A DNA stretch of 64,000 nt, from the NCBI GenBank assembly GCA_051362555.1, contig CM120643.1, positions 6,200,001-6,264,000 of the forward strand, given 5' to 3'. Every line of letters starts with the position of its first letter. Position 1 is the stretch's first letter. The translations under genes and the position numbers were made by a program. Origin of the DNA: Lingula anatina (taxonomy: Eukaryota > Animalia > Brachiopoda). Below are positions 12,188-24,519 of the stretch, one piece after another. Below the pieces are notes generated by a model, which worked only from the letters and a program-made list of their open reading frames with translations, had not been told where the DNA came from and did no database searches.

Positions 12188-12590
12188 AAAGCTAATGTAG
12201 TAGGAATAAATAATGAAATAAATGGCTTTGATTGGGAAAACTTTTTTCGACACTTAGATAATGTGCATGAAATTGCTAGAAACTTTACAGACAAACTACT
12301 ATCTATCTTTAAGAAGTACATACCATAAAAAAATAAGAAGTATTAAAGCAAATGACAAGCCTTGGTTCTGTGACAGGTTACGGCATGAAATTCTCAGAAA
12401 AAAGAAATAATATGCTAAAATGAGAATTACTCCTAAGCAGGATAATACAAATGGTTATAAGGCTCAGTCTGCTCTGGTAAATAAACTGATAAAGGACACA
12501 AAGGAAGCCTATTACAATAGTCTAATTGATGGCCTTGATGAAAAATTAGACAGACGTAAACTGTACTGGCAAACTATTAACTGTACTCAA
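12188..12590 (+). pseudogene. LINE ORF2 fragment (endonuclease-RT linker)
   Basis: KANVVGINNEINGFDWENFF...FTDKLLSIFKKYIP..NDKPWF...NKLIKDTKEAYY...YWQTIN. Confidence 0.75.
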
Positions 12591-12889
12591 TTATATTGCT
12601 AATATGAAACCTGCTATTTCTCTACATTAGTATAACAGTAAAAAAACATATATTTACTTGTATTTGACCTTATAGTGTTATTTTATTTCAGCATAGGACA
12701 TTTACTCACATTTTTGAATATGGGAAACAGGAGAGGTTTGCAGTTGCCTCCATTTTGGAGAATACACTTGAAAATGTGGCTAAAAAGGTTCTTCAGATTA
12801 AACAAACCAGCATCAGGTACCGACAGTCCATTTTATTTACAAATGCATAAATGAAAATAGCTAGTATGTTTTTTATTCTGTTGTACGTA

Positions 12890-13198
12890 GCAGAGCAAGA
12901 GTTCTCTTGAAATTATTTTGTGCTCAGATTGATTGTTTGTATTCACCTCGAAATGAAACATACAATGTACATTGCTTTGTTCATTTATGTGACAAAGTAA
13001 TTAAAATTGGGTCCCTTATGGACACAGTCTTGTTTTTCTATGAAGACCTTAATGGGGAGTTGAGAAAACTATTCCATGGGACAAGCTCTGTGGAATTACA
13101 GATTTCATCTGTTGTACAGTTGTTATTCACTAACAATTACCAGATCTAGTGAAGCAATTAGTTCCAGGTTCAGAAATTGAGTCATTCTATTTGAAATT

Positions 13199-13234
<36 letters not shown>

Positions 13235-13440
13235 ATTACCTCACAACAGGTCACTACTTTTCGGACACACTTATGCAGTAGGGCATTTTGTCAGCTGTAA
13301 TCTTTTGGACAGAACTAGAGAATTGATAAAATATTTGTGGCCCAATCAAAAAGGTACACAATTTTGCCGTCTTCTCATGAATGGCATTACTTTTCATTCT
13401 CCTTCATACAGGAACTGTACAGACTGCAGAAAATTTCTGA
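12890..13440 (+). pseudogene. CACTA/EnSpm (Mirage-like) transposase C-terminal fragment
   Basis: LYSPRNETYNVHCFVHLCDKVIKIGSLMDTVLFFYEDLNGELRKLFHGT matches the YxxxxxTYNVHxLxHL...GPL..SxFxFExxNGxL motif. Confidence 0.8.
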
Positions 13441-13479
13441 TAAGTCTCATCACTTTTAATAAAGACGCAGGCATGGGCA

Positions 13480-14250
13480 CGTAAGTAGTAATATAATTAT
13501 TCCTATCACTTTAATTGGTCCCAGTCAACTTTAATTTTATCTCACTTTATTACCCTTTATTTAAAGTTGCGATAATTTGCAGCCAAATGGTCTGTCACTC
13601 CAATATATGAGGTATAAAACCAGGCAGCAGCCTAGAGAGTCGGGAATCGTGGACCGAACCTTGACTCTTCAACAGACAGATTAGAGAACTCAGAGTAAAA
13701 TATACCCCCGGCTATCTCTAAGAACACAGTATAGATTTGGCGACAGATTTCGCACACGATTCTGTTTTGAGATTTTTGTTATTGTCAGAGAGAACTGAAG
13801 CAGCACGCTGTGAAGATGGCAGAAGGACACAACAACCAAGAGCAAGACTCAGTTATCCCGCCAGGTATGGACAGGTTAGTGTATACTTTGGACATTTTGG
13901 CTTGAGATTTACAAGGTAAGCAACAAAGAGCAATTAGACAAAGTAGGATAGATAACGCATCATCAGGCAATAAGACCGTGTGATGGAAACATCCCGTCGG
14001 AGGTCTGGTCTTACATAGACGAGTTAGACGTCTTAAAAGTGAAATCTAAGGGGCCAAGTAATTTTTGCATTCTGTTAATGGGCAGGATATATTCTAAAGA
14101 AGAACGCCTTGACCCAACGAGGAACATAGGGGGCTTAAGGACAGCACAATATAACAAAAGACCAATCTGCTCACAAAGACTAGACCATACATATATCAAA
14201 AACAGTGTTCAGAAATTGTATCCATCTGTAATGAACGAAGAGCTATGGTG
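13480..14250 (+). mobile_element. Second LTR element: degraded 5' LTR, PBS and gag start
   Basis: TATAAAA ~13613, PBS-like TTTGGCGAC ~13736, then decayed MAEGHNNQEQDSVIPPGMDRL...CDGNIPSEVWSYIDELD. Confidence 0.5.
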
Positions 14251-14439
14251 ATGATGTCTCTCGGCGATGAACACTGCCAATCGAAATTTGAGGTGTTCAC
14301 AAAAGATCAACATATAGGAAAGCTAACACGTGTTTCCATACAATATGCCAAAGGCTTAGTTTGTCTGCAGATAAATGTGATCACATTCTTGGCTGATTGA
14401 GGCAACGTTTGAAAGAGCAACCAATTAACTTACAGACCA

Positions 14440-15755
14440 TGGCGCACCGTGGTAGAAAATGAAGAAGAAAAGCAGACAATTATCAAACATATGCACAGTG
14501 ACATTGAGTGAAATTTACAGATATTACTATTCTTTGACAACCTTTGGATTTATATTACTGTGAATGGAGTGTTAGTGATATGCATATACTGATATTACAA
14601 TGTACTACCAGGTGCTTTGTGCTTTCTTGTTGGGAAATGTTGTATGAAAATACATTTTCCAACAAGAAAGCACAAAGCACAGTCCTTATAATTACTATTT
14701 AATGTTTGGCACATAAGTAAATGATAAAGTAGACCCCATTTTAAAGTAACAACAAGTAAACTATTGTCCTCACTCTCTGAAATACAAGTGGTGTTTAATT
14801 CTGAATACTAAGTCCCATATTATAATATTGCCCTATTAATTGGAATGGTTCGTATGATAATCATGTTTTTGGTTGGTTTTAATGCGATTTCATTTTGAAT
14901 TGTCAGGTGGGGAGCACCAAAAAGGCTCCTGTCAGACCAAGGAAGAAGAGTTTGTGGCTGAAATAAATACAGAGGTTTGCCGCTCCCTCAGCATAGAGAG
15001 GTCTGTGACAAGTGCCATACTCAAACCAATGGTCTGGATGAGAGGACAAACCAGACGCTGAAGACTCGATTGAGGAAGCTCATTAATGAACACCAGAACG
15101 ACTGGGATACTTATTTGGAGGATGTGGCGTATTCGATCAGGACACAATTTTTCTAATGTTTGGGAGGCACCCTAGGTCTTTGAGAGAGGTAATTCTAGAT
15201 TAAAAATCTTAATGATTAAGTAAACAACATAAATTTTAGAACATTTTTATAATTATTTTCTGACATCTCAGTAATAGGTTTGTTACATCACTGAAATTGT
15301 GTTTGAAAAGCAGTCTATGTGTTGCCAAAATGTGTATTAGATATGATAAGCTTTGGTCCTTTCATTTATATAAAACCTATTTAATCTTTTATATCATGTA
15401 GACCTCTTTTAGATTATCAGTTATTTCTATATACGCTTAAATGGCCGCACTACAAATATTTTATTTACCTACCTATTTTTCATTCTTCTGATTATTTTAC
15501 TTAACAGGCTGTCTCCTAGTCATGATACTGATCCTGTCTTTATCTTAAATGAAGTGGGAAGCATGAAGCATTGCTCCTGTGTTCAAAAAAATAACTTGAT
15601 GAATTTTAAAGAGGTTTTCTAATTTCAATTGTGATTTCCATTTTTAGATGAATGCCAAAGATGGTGAAAGTATTGAAGCCATTTCTGTAAATGATGAAGT
15701 TCTAGAAGACATGGTCAACCACAGAGAGGCACTGCTAGATGTCACCAAGAAAGTT
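14440..15755 (+). pseudogene. Intron-containing Gypsy-like integrase (Ginger/GIN-type transposase) remnant
   Basis: WRTVVENEEEKQTIIKHMHSD; exon 14907-15188 (cag| ... |gtaatt) WGAPKRLLSDQGR.EFVAEIN...HTQTNGLDERTNQTLKTRL...QNDWDTYLEDVAYSIRT..MFGRHPR; next exon starts at 15648. Confidence 0.75.
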
Positions 15756-15859
15756 TACAAAGTTCATCTAGTTAATTCATTACGGCCACCATGCAATCAT
15801 TTAATTGAAATCATGTATGAGGGTAAGTCATTTAATTATATTAAATTATGATATTTTAG

Positions 15860-16292
15860 GCACAAAGAAAAACTGCAGAACCTAACATGGAGAGAGGTGT
15901 TTGCCATCTGCAGGAAAGATTATAGTAAGGCTTTGGCAATCATTGAACTGGTCCTCAGTCTACCAGCCAGTAGTGCAGAGAATGAGAGGGCATTCAACAG
16001 AATGAAGCTGATCAAAACAGCCCACAGGTCAAACTTATCCACCAGCTCGCTGGACAGTTTGATGACAGTACATCTGTTATCCAAACCTATAAGGCAGTTC
16101 AATCCTGATGCAGCAATTGATGATTGGTTTTCTGCAAACAGCAGGCGTCCTACATTCAGGGATGGCTTAACTAAGAAAAGCAGAAAATTGCACGCCATTG
16201 CTACCTCTAGTACCAGTCAGGAACATGAAACTGATGCAGTTATAGAGAATGATAAAGAAAATTTTATTAATCCCAATGAATTGGATGATGAA

Positions 16293-16328
<36 letters not shown>

Positions 16329-17089
16329 GGTTTTGGGGATGATGATGATGATATGATGGATGAGGACAAAATTTACGAAAAGCTAAAGGAACTAGCTGGG
16401 GTTTAGTTTTTTTTTTTAATGTGAATAAACCTTGATGAATTTTAGAGAATTGGGTTGATTTCAATTCTTTTAAATAATTTCAAAATAAAGATATGAAGAT
16501 TTAACTTTATTTGCTTTATTTTACTGGCGCATTTTAATAATAATTTTTAAAAAATGAAATTGCCAAGTATGCTTAAACCATCCACCCCTTTTTGATTCTT
16601 TTATAATTGAGTGTAAAAAATGTTTTATTCCCTGTCACGATTCTCTGGTCTATCAGGCACTGATGATGATAGCAAAATAATACAAATTCTCAATCCACAG
16701 TGTCGTGCAAGTGCATCAGCAGTGGCCAAGTTTATACAGTCAGTTATGCCTAAGTAGCAAATGCATATTGTACAAAATACTATATTCAGTATTATTATAT
16801 TGTGTCTTACTATTGTCAGCTATATGAATGAAGTAGTTAGCTTACATGTATTTTGGCAATGGAATGATCTAAAGAAGTTATACTTATTTAAGTGTATACA
16901 ATTACAATTTATGTAAAACTGTAGTTTAGAGAGCTTGTAAAATGTAACTGTACACATTTTAATGCTCAATAAAATAATAATAATTATTATTATTATAATT
17001 GGACCAGTGTCCCAAGGCCTGGGACCAATACCTCCAGAGTCAACTGGTCCAAGTGGACCAGTGCTGAAAAATTCCCATTTCCCTCCCTG
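15860..17089 (+). mobile_element. hAT transposon 3' part: ZNF862-like dimerisation domain with acidic tail, candidate TIR end CCCTG
   Basis: ORF 15897-16406 IELVLSLPASSAENERAFNRMKLIKTAHRSNLSTSSLDSLM...FNPDAAIDDW; AATAAA ~16424; GGACCA subterminal repeats ending TTCCCTCCCTG. Confidence 0.8.
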
Positions 17090-17264
17090 CGTGGTAATTT
17101 TTAAGTCGGCAGCCATAGCCATTGTCAGAGGTGAAAATTTTCACATACATTTCCATAATTATCGGACACTTCACTGCCCTTTGGCACATTGTATGGCAAC
17201 CTCAATAGGCCTACTTGGATTTTAACATCTCAGATTACTCGAGTTTCACCTTTTTATTCAACTA

Positions 17265-17267
<3 letters not shown>

Positions 17268-17314
<47 letters not shown>
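17268..17314. repeat. (TA)n microsatellite
   Basis: Seen directly. Confidence 0.95.
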
Positions 17315-17317
<3 letters not shown>

Positions 17318-18097
17318 GTCCCGCAACCAAACAGAGTCAATAGATAGAACCTTTCTTCAATCTATTGGAGGACTCCTCAACCAAGCTGTGACACTTATTA
17401 ATGGCGTTGTTGACAGGTCCAGATCCACAACTTCTACTTCTCGTGACCAGGAAAACGAGGGAGAGGAGATATGCTGGTTAAGATCTATGAAAATCTTTCT
17501 CCTTGTGTTTTGCAAGAAACTTACAAAAAAATTGAAATCAATGAAAAACCCTCTGCTCTGGCTCTGCTGCTACACTGTCTTCAGACTTATTCTAATTTAA
17601 AATGAATTAGCTACACCTAAAAAAATGTAATGAATAAAATAAAAGAATGAGTTATATAAGACATTTAACAAAAAGAATAAGCCTGTACAATCAGTCTTTT
17701 CATATGTTTTGTAGAAAAATTAGGCCAGGTCATTTTGAAAGAGGGGGAGATTATGAAGGTGGGGGCAATGAAAGACGAGGGTGAAGAGGACAATGCCAGT
17801 ATGTGGTATGCTGCCTATAGATAGAGCATACATATCCCTTTCAGCAAGAGGCAGACAGATAGCAGTTATCAAAAGCTTTTTTTTTAATTTTTTTTTTCTA
17901 AATCTGTATGGTTTTTGGATTGATCTTTTTTTCTAAATCTGTATTTTTTTATAAAAAGTTTTGGAATATCATAGAGAAGACAGAGTATCGGTGAATGTGG
18001 TAACCAATTGGATGGAAGGTTTTTCAGAGCATACTCATACTTAAATAGAATTCTTTTTTTTTTTTCGGAAAGCCAAAAGAAAGATGAAGGCGCTGCA

Positions 18098-18458
18098 GAT
18101 CCTGTCAGCCCAAGGGTGGCAGACTAAGGTGATCCTGTCAGCCCAAGGGTGGTAGACTGAGGTGATCCTGTCAGCCCAAGGTTGGCAGACTGAGGTGCAG
18201 CATGTACAAATCAAGAGCGCCATTGATATCAAGTACACATCTAGAGATGAAGAGTGTGATGAAGGATTCATCACACACACCCCATCCTGGCAAAGTGACA
18301 AATTTGCCCAGATTAAACATACCTTAGACAGGTGTTTTATTGAAAACAGCTCACACAAGAGCAGAAGGTTGCTGCAAAACAGGAAGATTGGAGCAACTCA
18401 CATCAAATCTGTCCCTAATTGTCCAGAGGATATCTCATGGATTATAAAAAGAGATTAA
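18098..18458 (+). pseudogene. 33-bp repeat x3 followed by a transposon accessory-protein C-terminus
   Basis: gatcctgtcagcccaagggtggcagactaaggt x3 (18098-18196); YTSRDEECDEGFITHTPSWQSDKFAQIKHTLD resembles the YMSxEES...PxWRS...LD motif of DNA-transposon accessory ORFs. Confidence 0.45.
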
Positions 18459-18753
18459 ACATTTCAACTGTTTTCAGTTTACCTGACCAAATGCTGTGTA
18501 ATTTCAAATAGTATAGAATTTTGGTTCATTATTTTTTGGGTTTTATATGCAGTTTCATTACAGACTGGAGGGACGGCTATGTACGTCGAGTTTACACCCG
18601 AAATGAAGTTACAGTTTCATAGCCAGCTGTTTCTTTTTTTATTGGCCATTTTTTAAGTCACATACATAACTGCAAGAAGTAATTTAATTTGAATATGTTA
18701 CAGGTAATGCACACATTTTTTATCTTTACTGAGAGTGAAACCTACTTGACATA

Positions 18754-18911
18754 CAGGGGCAGATACAGAGCTATTTTCTGACAGTCTTCCAAATTATGTT
18801 TGTTGATCCATCCTCCATTTTGACCGTCTTCCGACAGATAAAAAATTAGATACCTGTCAATGTAAACTTGAAAATCCGGAAGACCCAGAAGACGGCCTAA
18901 ATCCGCCCCTG
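18754..18911. mobile_element. MITE with CAGGGGC(G/A)GAT TIRs and 5-bp TSD ACATA (hAT5-like)
   Basis: acata|CAGGGGCAGAT...ATCCGCCCCTG|acata; homologous to 29069-29230 and 52427-52594. Confidence 0.85.
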
Positions 18912-19779
18912 ACATAGAATAAATGATGTAAGTTTAAATCGTGTGTTACTTGTCTTATCAAAATATGATTTTATCCCCGCGACTAATATTACATTTAATA
19001 AGCTACAAAAGTAGTAGAAATGTACTCTTTTCTATTGTTAATAGATGTAAAAATGTGATATTTCCTGTGTTAAAAAGGTGTACAAAATTTAGCCATTTGA
19101 GTACCTTTTATATAGCGAAATATCACATTCGTAGTAAAAAAGATATCTAAAAGTTGATTTTTGTGACACAAAAAGGTAAGGGAAGTGGGCCATTCATATG
19201 CCTTTCGCCATGCAAAAGTCTTAAGAATGTTGATCTTTATAATGCCTTTTTTGTCAAACAAAATCAATTTTGTCGCAAAAGAAAAGTTAACCTTTTGTGT
19301 GTAAAAAAGGAGAAGAAAAGTGGGCCATTTGTACATCTTTTTCTCTGTATAAAAGCCATTCAGAAGATTATATTTCCTAAAAATTCAAAAGGTCCAAGAA
19401 AGGTGTAGAAAGATGGATAAAAGAGGGCCTTTAAATCAACTTTCAGGAAATACAAAAGCCAAATTTTCATGCAGTGATAAGATACACTCCTCTTGGCCTC
19501 TGGTTTGGGGATACAACCCAGGCATTTTACTTAGCATTTTGGTACAAAATATACATAGCATTTTTATTTCCTTGATTTGTAGGCATGCAGAAGTGCTTGG
19601 GATAATCTCTTAGCTTGTTTCGGGTTGAGAAGAGTCTCTGGTAAGTTAATAGCGTTTCTAGTCTAACAAGCGCTTTGAAGGAGATAATACTGTATGTTTC
19701 AACATACAGTTGATACTAATTTTATTGAAAACGTTTTAAATGTTGTAACTGCACCTTACCAAGCCGTATGCTTTACCTG

Positions 19780-19895
19780 GGTAGGCCTGTTACAGCTGGA
19801 ATTCACATTCATCACGTTGGATCACGTTGGGTTGTGTTTGCAAGTTTTAGCAACAAAGAACTTGTGTATGGCTCTCTAACACCAAGAATGACACA
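19780..19895 (+). pseudogene. Ulp1/C48-like protease fragment, copy 1
   Basis: RPVTAGIHIHHVGSRWVVFASFSNKELVYGSLTPRMT, clearly homologous to the 21741 ORF. Confidence 0.65.
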
Positions 19896-20431
19896 GGGAT
19901 ATGAACATAAAGAAATACCACAATTACAGGTCCTTGAACCAGATGGAACCCTGATGGACACAAAAAAAATTTAAGAAGGACCTAGAAAAGTGTAAAATGG
20001 AACTGACCCAGGATAACACAGATTTTTAGATAATGGGATAATTTTTTTTAATCAAGAGAAGTCTTCATTTCCTCTATTTCCCACAAATGCCTGTTATAGC
20101 TGTTGGCAAGTTTGTCAATTTTGCTCATTAGTGATTGTTGGCATTTTTTGTTTAAATCTAGGGTTATGCATACAAAAATCAAACCACCCAGCCACTTAGA
20201 CTTACAACACAGATGATACAAAAAAAGTTTTTCATGTTGACCAAAACATGAAAATAAAAGTTTAAAATGCCATTTTGGCTAATTTCCCCCATGCAACTGG
20301 ATTTTCCCATATGCATTAGCTAAAGTGAACCTTCCCAAGTTTTTCTGATGTGCAGACATTTAAGCCCTGTGCTGAATACATGTAGATTCTTGCAAAACTA
20401 ATAAGGTATCTAAAAACTGATTTCTTCACAG

Positions 20432-21118
20432 CACACAGCCAACAGAAATTAGAGCAACTGCAAGTGATGACACTTTGTCTAGATCATTCCCACCAACAAG
20501 TTCTCCTTCCATTGAGGGACCTTCCAATCCCATTTCAAACTTGGAGACACAACAGGAAGAGGAACCCTTAGGCAAAGGCACCATTTCACTCTGTGTTAGA
20601 GAAACAGTAGCTGAAATGTAAGTGTAGCAAATAGAAGTCCCTCCTCAAATTTTTTGTGAAGTCTATTTATCATGTTGTCTACCGGTACTGTACATGTAAT
20701 GAAATAACGCAGTCCAAAATTGTTAATTATTTTAACAGGGAATCTTGCAATGACCCAGTCACAATTCTCAGGGCCATCACCAAGAAATATTTAATGGGTC
20801 GCCCTATTGATGTTGAGCAGGAAGATGAGTTCTGTGAAGGAGACACAACATTAGTCCATGTTTCTCGCTCTACTATCTTTGAAGATGGTATGGAAATACT
20901 CACAGATTCAACTGTCAACTATCGCCTGCCATTGGAGATAGCATATTATGGAGAGGAGGCAGTTGACCTTGGAGATCCTAGAAAACAGTTCTTGACCTCA
21001 ATGCTGCACACCATAAAAGATAGATTATTTGAAGACGGTGAAGATGGTAAAGTTTTACTTGTTGGAAATCCTTACCATCAATGTAAAAATCATTACCGTG
21101 GTGCTGGGATACTTTCTG
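20432..21118 (+). pseudogene. G2E3-like HECT E3 ligase fragment, two exons (~20432-20617, 20739-21118)
   Basis: Phase-2 GT-AG intron; VHVSRSTIFEDG...RLPLEIAYYGEEAVDLGDPRKQFL matches the HECT N-lobe VxR...LxVxFxGExAxDxGGPxREF; no C-lobe. Confidence 0.75.
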
Positions 21119-21740
21119 GTAGGTTGATGGATCATTAAAATCTGTATTTTTTCAAATGCATGTAGATTTAATAAGTTATGACCTTGTTACAAGTGGATAT
21201 AAGTGTTCAAATAAAATGTACTAGACATGACTATCCAAAACTGCACTTGGCTTCTTTTCTTAAAATTTACTAAATCTTTATTGAATCTAATTTATATTAT
21301 TTTTCAGGGAAAAGTGTGTTGATGATGCTTCTTATTACTCAATTTTTTATTCTATACACCTAAAAAAACATTTTATGTTTTATTGAAATTCACTGAATAA
21401 CAGGTACCTATTTTAATAATTTACTAAATGTTTATTATACAAACTATAAAATGGTGTTTAAAATTGGAATATGATATTGAACTAGTTTATTGTTTCAAGT
21501 GAACCATGCAGTCATGTGATAAGGCATCCCTTCGGTCTTTGTGTCACAAAGTATTTTCAAGAGTCACTGGCAAGATGGGCCAATTGAAGCATATCACAGA
21601 GCTTGTTACCAAGATTACACCAACATGGAACACCTTTACAAGGCTGAAAAAGAAAAGGTCATTAACTGATGACGACAATTTTACAGAAGTGTGGTTGAGT
21701 ACCACCTGAGGCATGGTCTCAGTAATAGCTTTAAAATACA

Positions 21741-22175
21741 TTGCTCTTGGTCTCTGATTTGGAGGTTCAACCTGTGGTTAGAAATGGTATTCAAGTCCAT
21801 TATGTTGGATCACATTGGCTTGTCTCTGCACATTTTAGCAACAAAGTAGTTGTGTACAACTCTCTAACTCCAAGAATGACACCAAAAGGGCAGCTGTTGA
21901 ATTTGTATCCAAATTCCTGTCAAGGAGCTGATGGTGCACTGAGTGTTGAAATGTATTCTCCACAGAGACAAGTTGGTGGTCAGGATTGTGACCTATTTGC
22001 CACTGCAACAGCTGTGTGTTTTGCTATAACAAGGTTGACCTGTATGACATTGTTTTCAGTCAACACTTGGATAAGAGTTTTTGTAGGGGGGGGGGGGGGG
22101 GAACTGGTAATGTTTCAATGTGAGGTTAAGACCCAATCAGTAAAGGTGACATATATAACTATATTAAAAGAGTAG
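21741..22175 (+). pseudogene. Ulp1/C48-like cysteine protease domain, copy 2
   Basis: IQVHYVGSHWLVS...VVVYNSL...QRQVGGQDCDLFATATA matches HW...YDSL...QxQ..GxDCGLFA. Confidence 0.75.
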
Positions 22176-22473
22176 TTTTACAATCATTACTAGTACATGG
22201 TTTTAAAATACAAAAAATACAGGTAGACCTCTAAACAACTTATCTTAGGACCTAATCTAATATTTCGGCATTTATTTTAAGATAAGTGTGACAAAGATGT
22301 TGAAAAAGATGTCCTAACTGACCCTGCTGTTAAAATCACCAATAGAAATTAACCCATCACTGGCACTGGACATAGAAAAAATTCTAAATGACAATATCCC
22401 TGGGTCTAGTGGACAGCCAGGCCCTGTACCCCCCCCCCCCCCCAACCAGACCAGTGTCCAATTTGGAATAGAC

Positions 22474-22684
22474 TTGAATCTTGCAAGACTATACAGAAGA
22501 GATGTGCTGGCTTTGGATGATGAGGAACACAATACTAAGGCAAACAGATACCAAGCCTACAGACTATTCACGCTATGGGTACATGGTCGTTTGGGAGCTG
22601 GCAATTAGACAAGTGATCCCATCTTGCTCTGTGTGGGCAATAAGAGACAAGTTCCCAGATCCATATGGACAATATCGGGGGTAA
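22474..22684 (+). pseudogene. P2X7-ballast-like / Kolobok KolX C-terminal fragment (one frameshift)
   Basis: NTKANRYQAYRLFTLWVHGRLGAGN/RQVIPSCSVWAIRDKFPDPYGQYRG*; a related stub DNASMWYAAYR lies at ~17790-17822. Confidence 0.8.
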
Positions 22685-22699
22685 ACAGTAGAATTACAG

Positions 22700-22867
22700 C
22701 TTAAGTTTCAAGTCATTGAAATGGAGAGATGACTGTACTGGTTAAAAATCCTAGATATGCAGCGCCTTGCATTTGATGTAGCAGAAAATGCACAGGTCGC
22801 CCATTCATTCAACAGAGAGTTATGGATGGCAGGGCAAGACTGGGTGCAAGGATTTCTCTCTCCTCAC
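22700..22867 (+). pseudogene. pogo/Tigger-family transposase fragment (CENP-B-type HTH)
   Basis: LKFQVIEMER*LYWLKILDMQRLAFDVAENAQVAHSFNRELWMAGQDWVQGFLSPH matches DxRRLAF..A......HPF......AGxDWxxGFLxRH. Confidence 0.7.
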
Positions 22868-23489
22868 GGCTTTTAAAAGCATTCATCAGTCTCTGTGTTA
22901 ATATGGACAGAAGTTGGAAGTTAGTTTTGAGAGATAGCTTTACTGTTTGATCATAAGTTTAGCTCTTTATTCTGTCCATGTTTGACATTTTCCTGTCTTT
23001 TAAAGCAGAGAATTAGAAAGTAGAATTGTGAAAGAAACGGAATAAGAATAGTTGAATGATATAGATACAATTGAGATAGAGTTCAATTGTTTAAGCCCAA
23101 TTTTGACTTTTCCTATCTTATCAGATTAGCGAATTGATTGATGATTAAAGAATAGTAAATTATCAAACCTTATTAAAAGTTTTACAATCAGACTTTAATA
23201 AATTACGTTTCTGTAAGACTCAGTCAAATATAAAGTCTAGTCACTGCGAGAAAGGAAATTAAAAACCTTACGAAAGAGGCTTGAGAACCCAGAGTTTGTT
23301 GTTTACACAAATGCGCCTGGTTGCCAGAATGGTTAAGACACCACAGGACACATGATGGATTCCAGTTGTTCAGGGCGGGATATGTTTATTTTAAAACTCT
23401 CACTCTGTCAATTAGTAGTAATTTTTAGCCCAAGCTGGAATTTTTCCACATCATTGGTTTACTGCAGAGGTGTTAGAAGTTTTTTTAAG

Positions 23490-24110
23490 TTTTCAAATGT
23501 GATTTGGAATGGACTTAGCCAGGCCACTGAATAAAACGCCAAGAGGAAACGGGTACATTACTGTTCTAACAGACTACCTGACAAAGTGGCCAGAAGCAGA
23601 ATTAATTCCAAGCAAGGAAGCCTCAGTTATTGCTATATCTATAATGAAAGTTGTGTGTTGTTATGCTAGTGTCAAGGTGCTAATTCCTTGCCAAGGACTC
23701 AAATTCCGTAACCAAGTAAATGAGAGATTATATCAGCAACTTGGCATCAATAATCATCGTAGAACAGCCTGCCACCCTCAGGCCAATGGACAATGTGAAA
23801 GCTACAACAGGACTGTCTGCAACTATCTCACAAAGTATGTAAATGCCCATCAAGACAACTGGGATGAGTTCATTGACCCATGTCTCCTTGCATACAGAAC
23901 TACAGACGCCTTTCATTTTGGCATTTGGCAAAGAGGCATCTCTTCTAAATGAAGACAAATTTCCAATTGGAAACCCCACCTCAGAGGTAACAGAGCAAGA
24001 AGCCCTTGACAGCCATCAGATATGTTTTCCAAGTTGATTGAAGCCCAAGAGAACATTTCCAGAGCACAGGTCCATCAAAAGAATGGGTACAATGCACGCC
24101 ATGACACTCC
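23490..24110 (+). pseudogene. Gypsy/Ginger-type DDE integrase core, degenerate
   Basis: GMDLARPLNKTPRGNGYITVLTDYLTKWPEA...CQGLKFRN...HPQANGQCESYNRT...QDNWDEFI...LAYRT..TPF. Confidence 0.9.
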
Positions 24111-24519
24111 CTTGATGTGTATAGAGCAGTGCATTCAGTTTAAATTTATAGTCCAATAGAAAGTGACATGTACATGCAGCAAAATCATTGGTTTCGATCT
24201 CCCCTCTATAAGTGCCATTTATCCAGAAAGATAAGCAGCAAAAACATGAACAATTATGTCTGACTACACCCATCCTGCACACGGTCTTTTTAACTTCTTA
24301 ATAAAGCTACTGTAGACTTTCATGTTTTAAAGGATTCAAAAGGTTTTTAAAGAGTTTTTACCCATCTGCTGTCTCTCTTTTTCACAACATAAAAAATGGA
24401 ATTTGTAGCAACTATATTTTAGCAACTATATTGATATCTTATATTTTGTACACTTTACCTGAATAGCAATCCAATTTCCTTAATATGTGAATTTTGACAG
24501 GTAAGAGGTCTAAAATTTT

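Noticed and set aside
16267-16464. Poly-His ORF
   Set aside because: It is the antisense of the (GAT)n acidic tail of the hAT ORF
22280-22470. Possible LINE RT piece (LKSPIEIN..IPGSSGQP)
   Set aside because: Too short and degenerate; not counted in the strand tally
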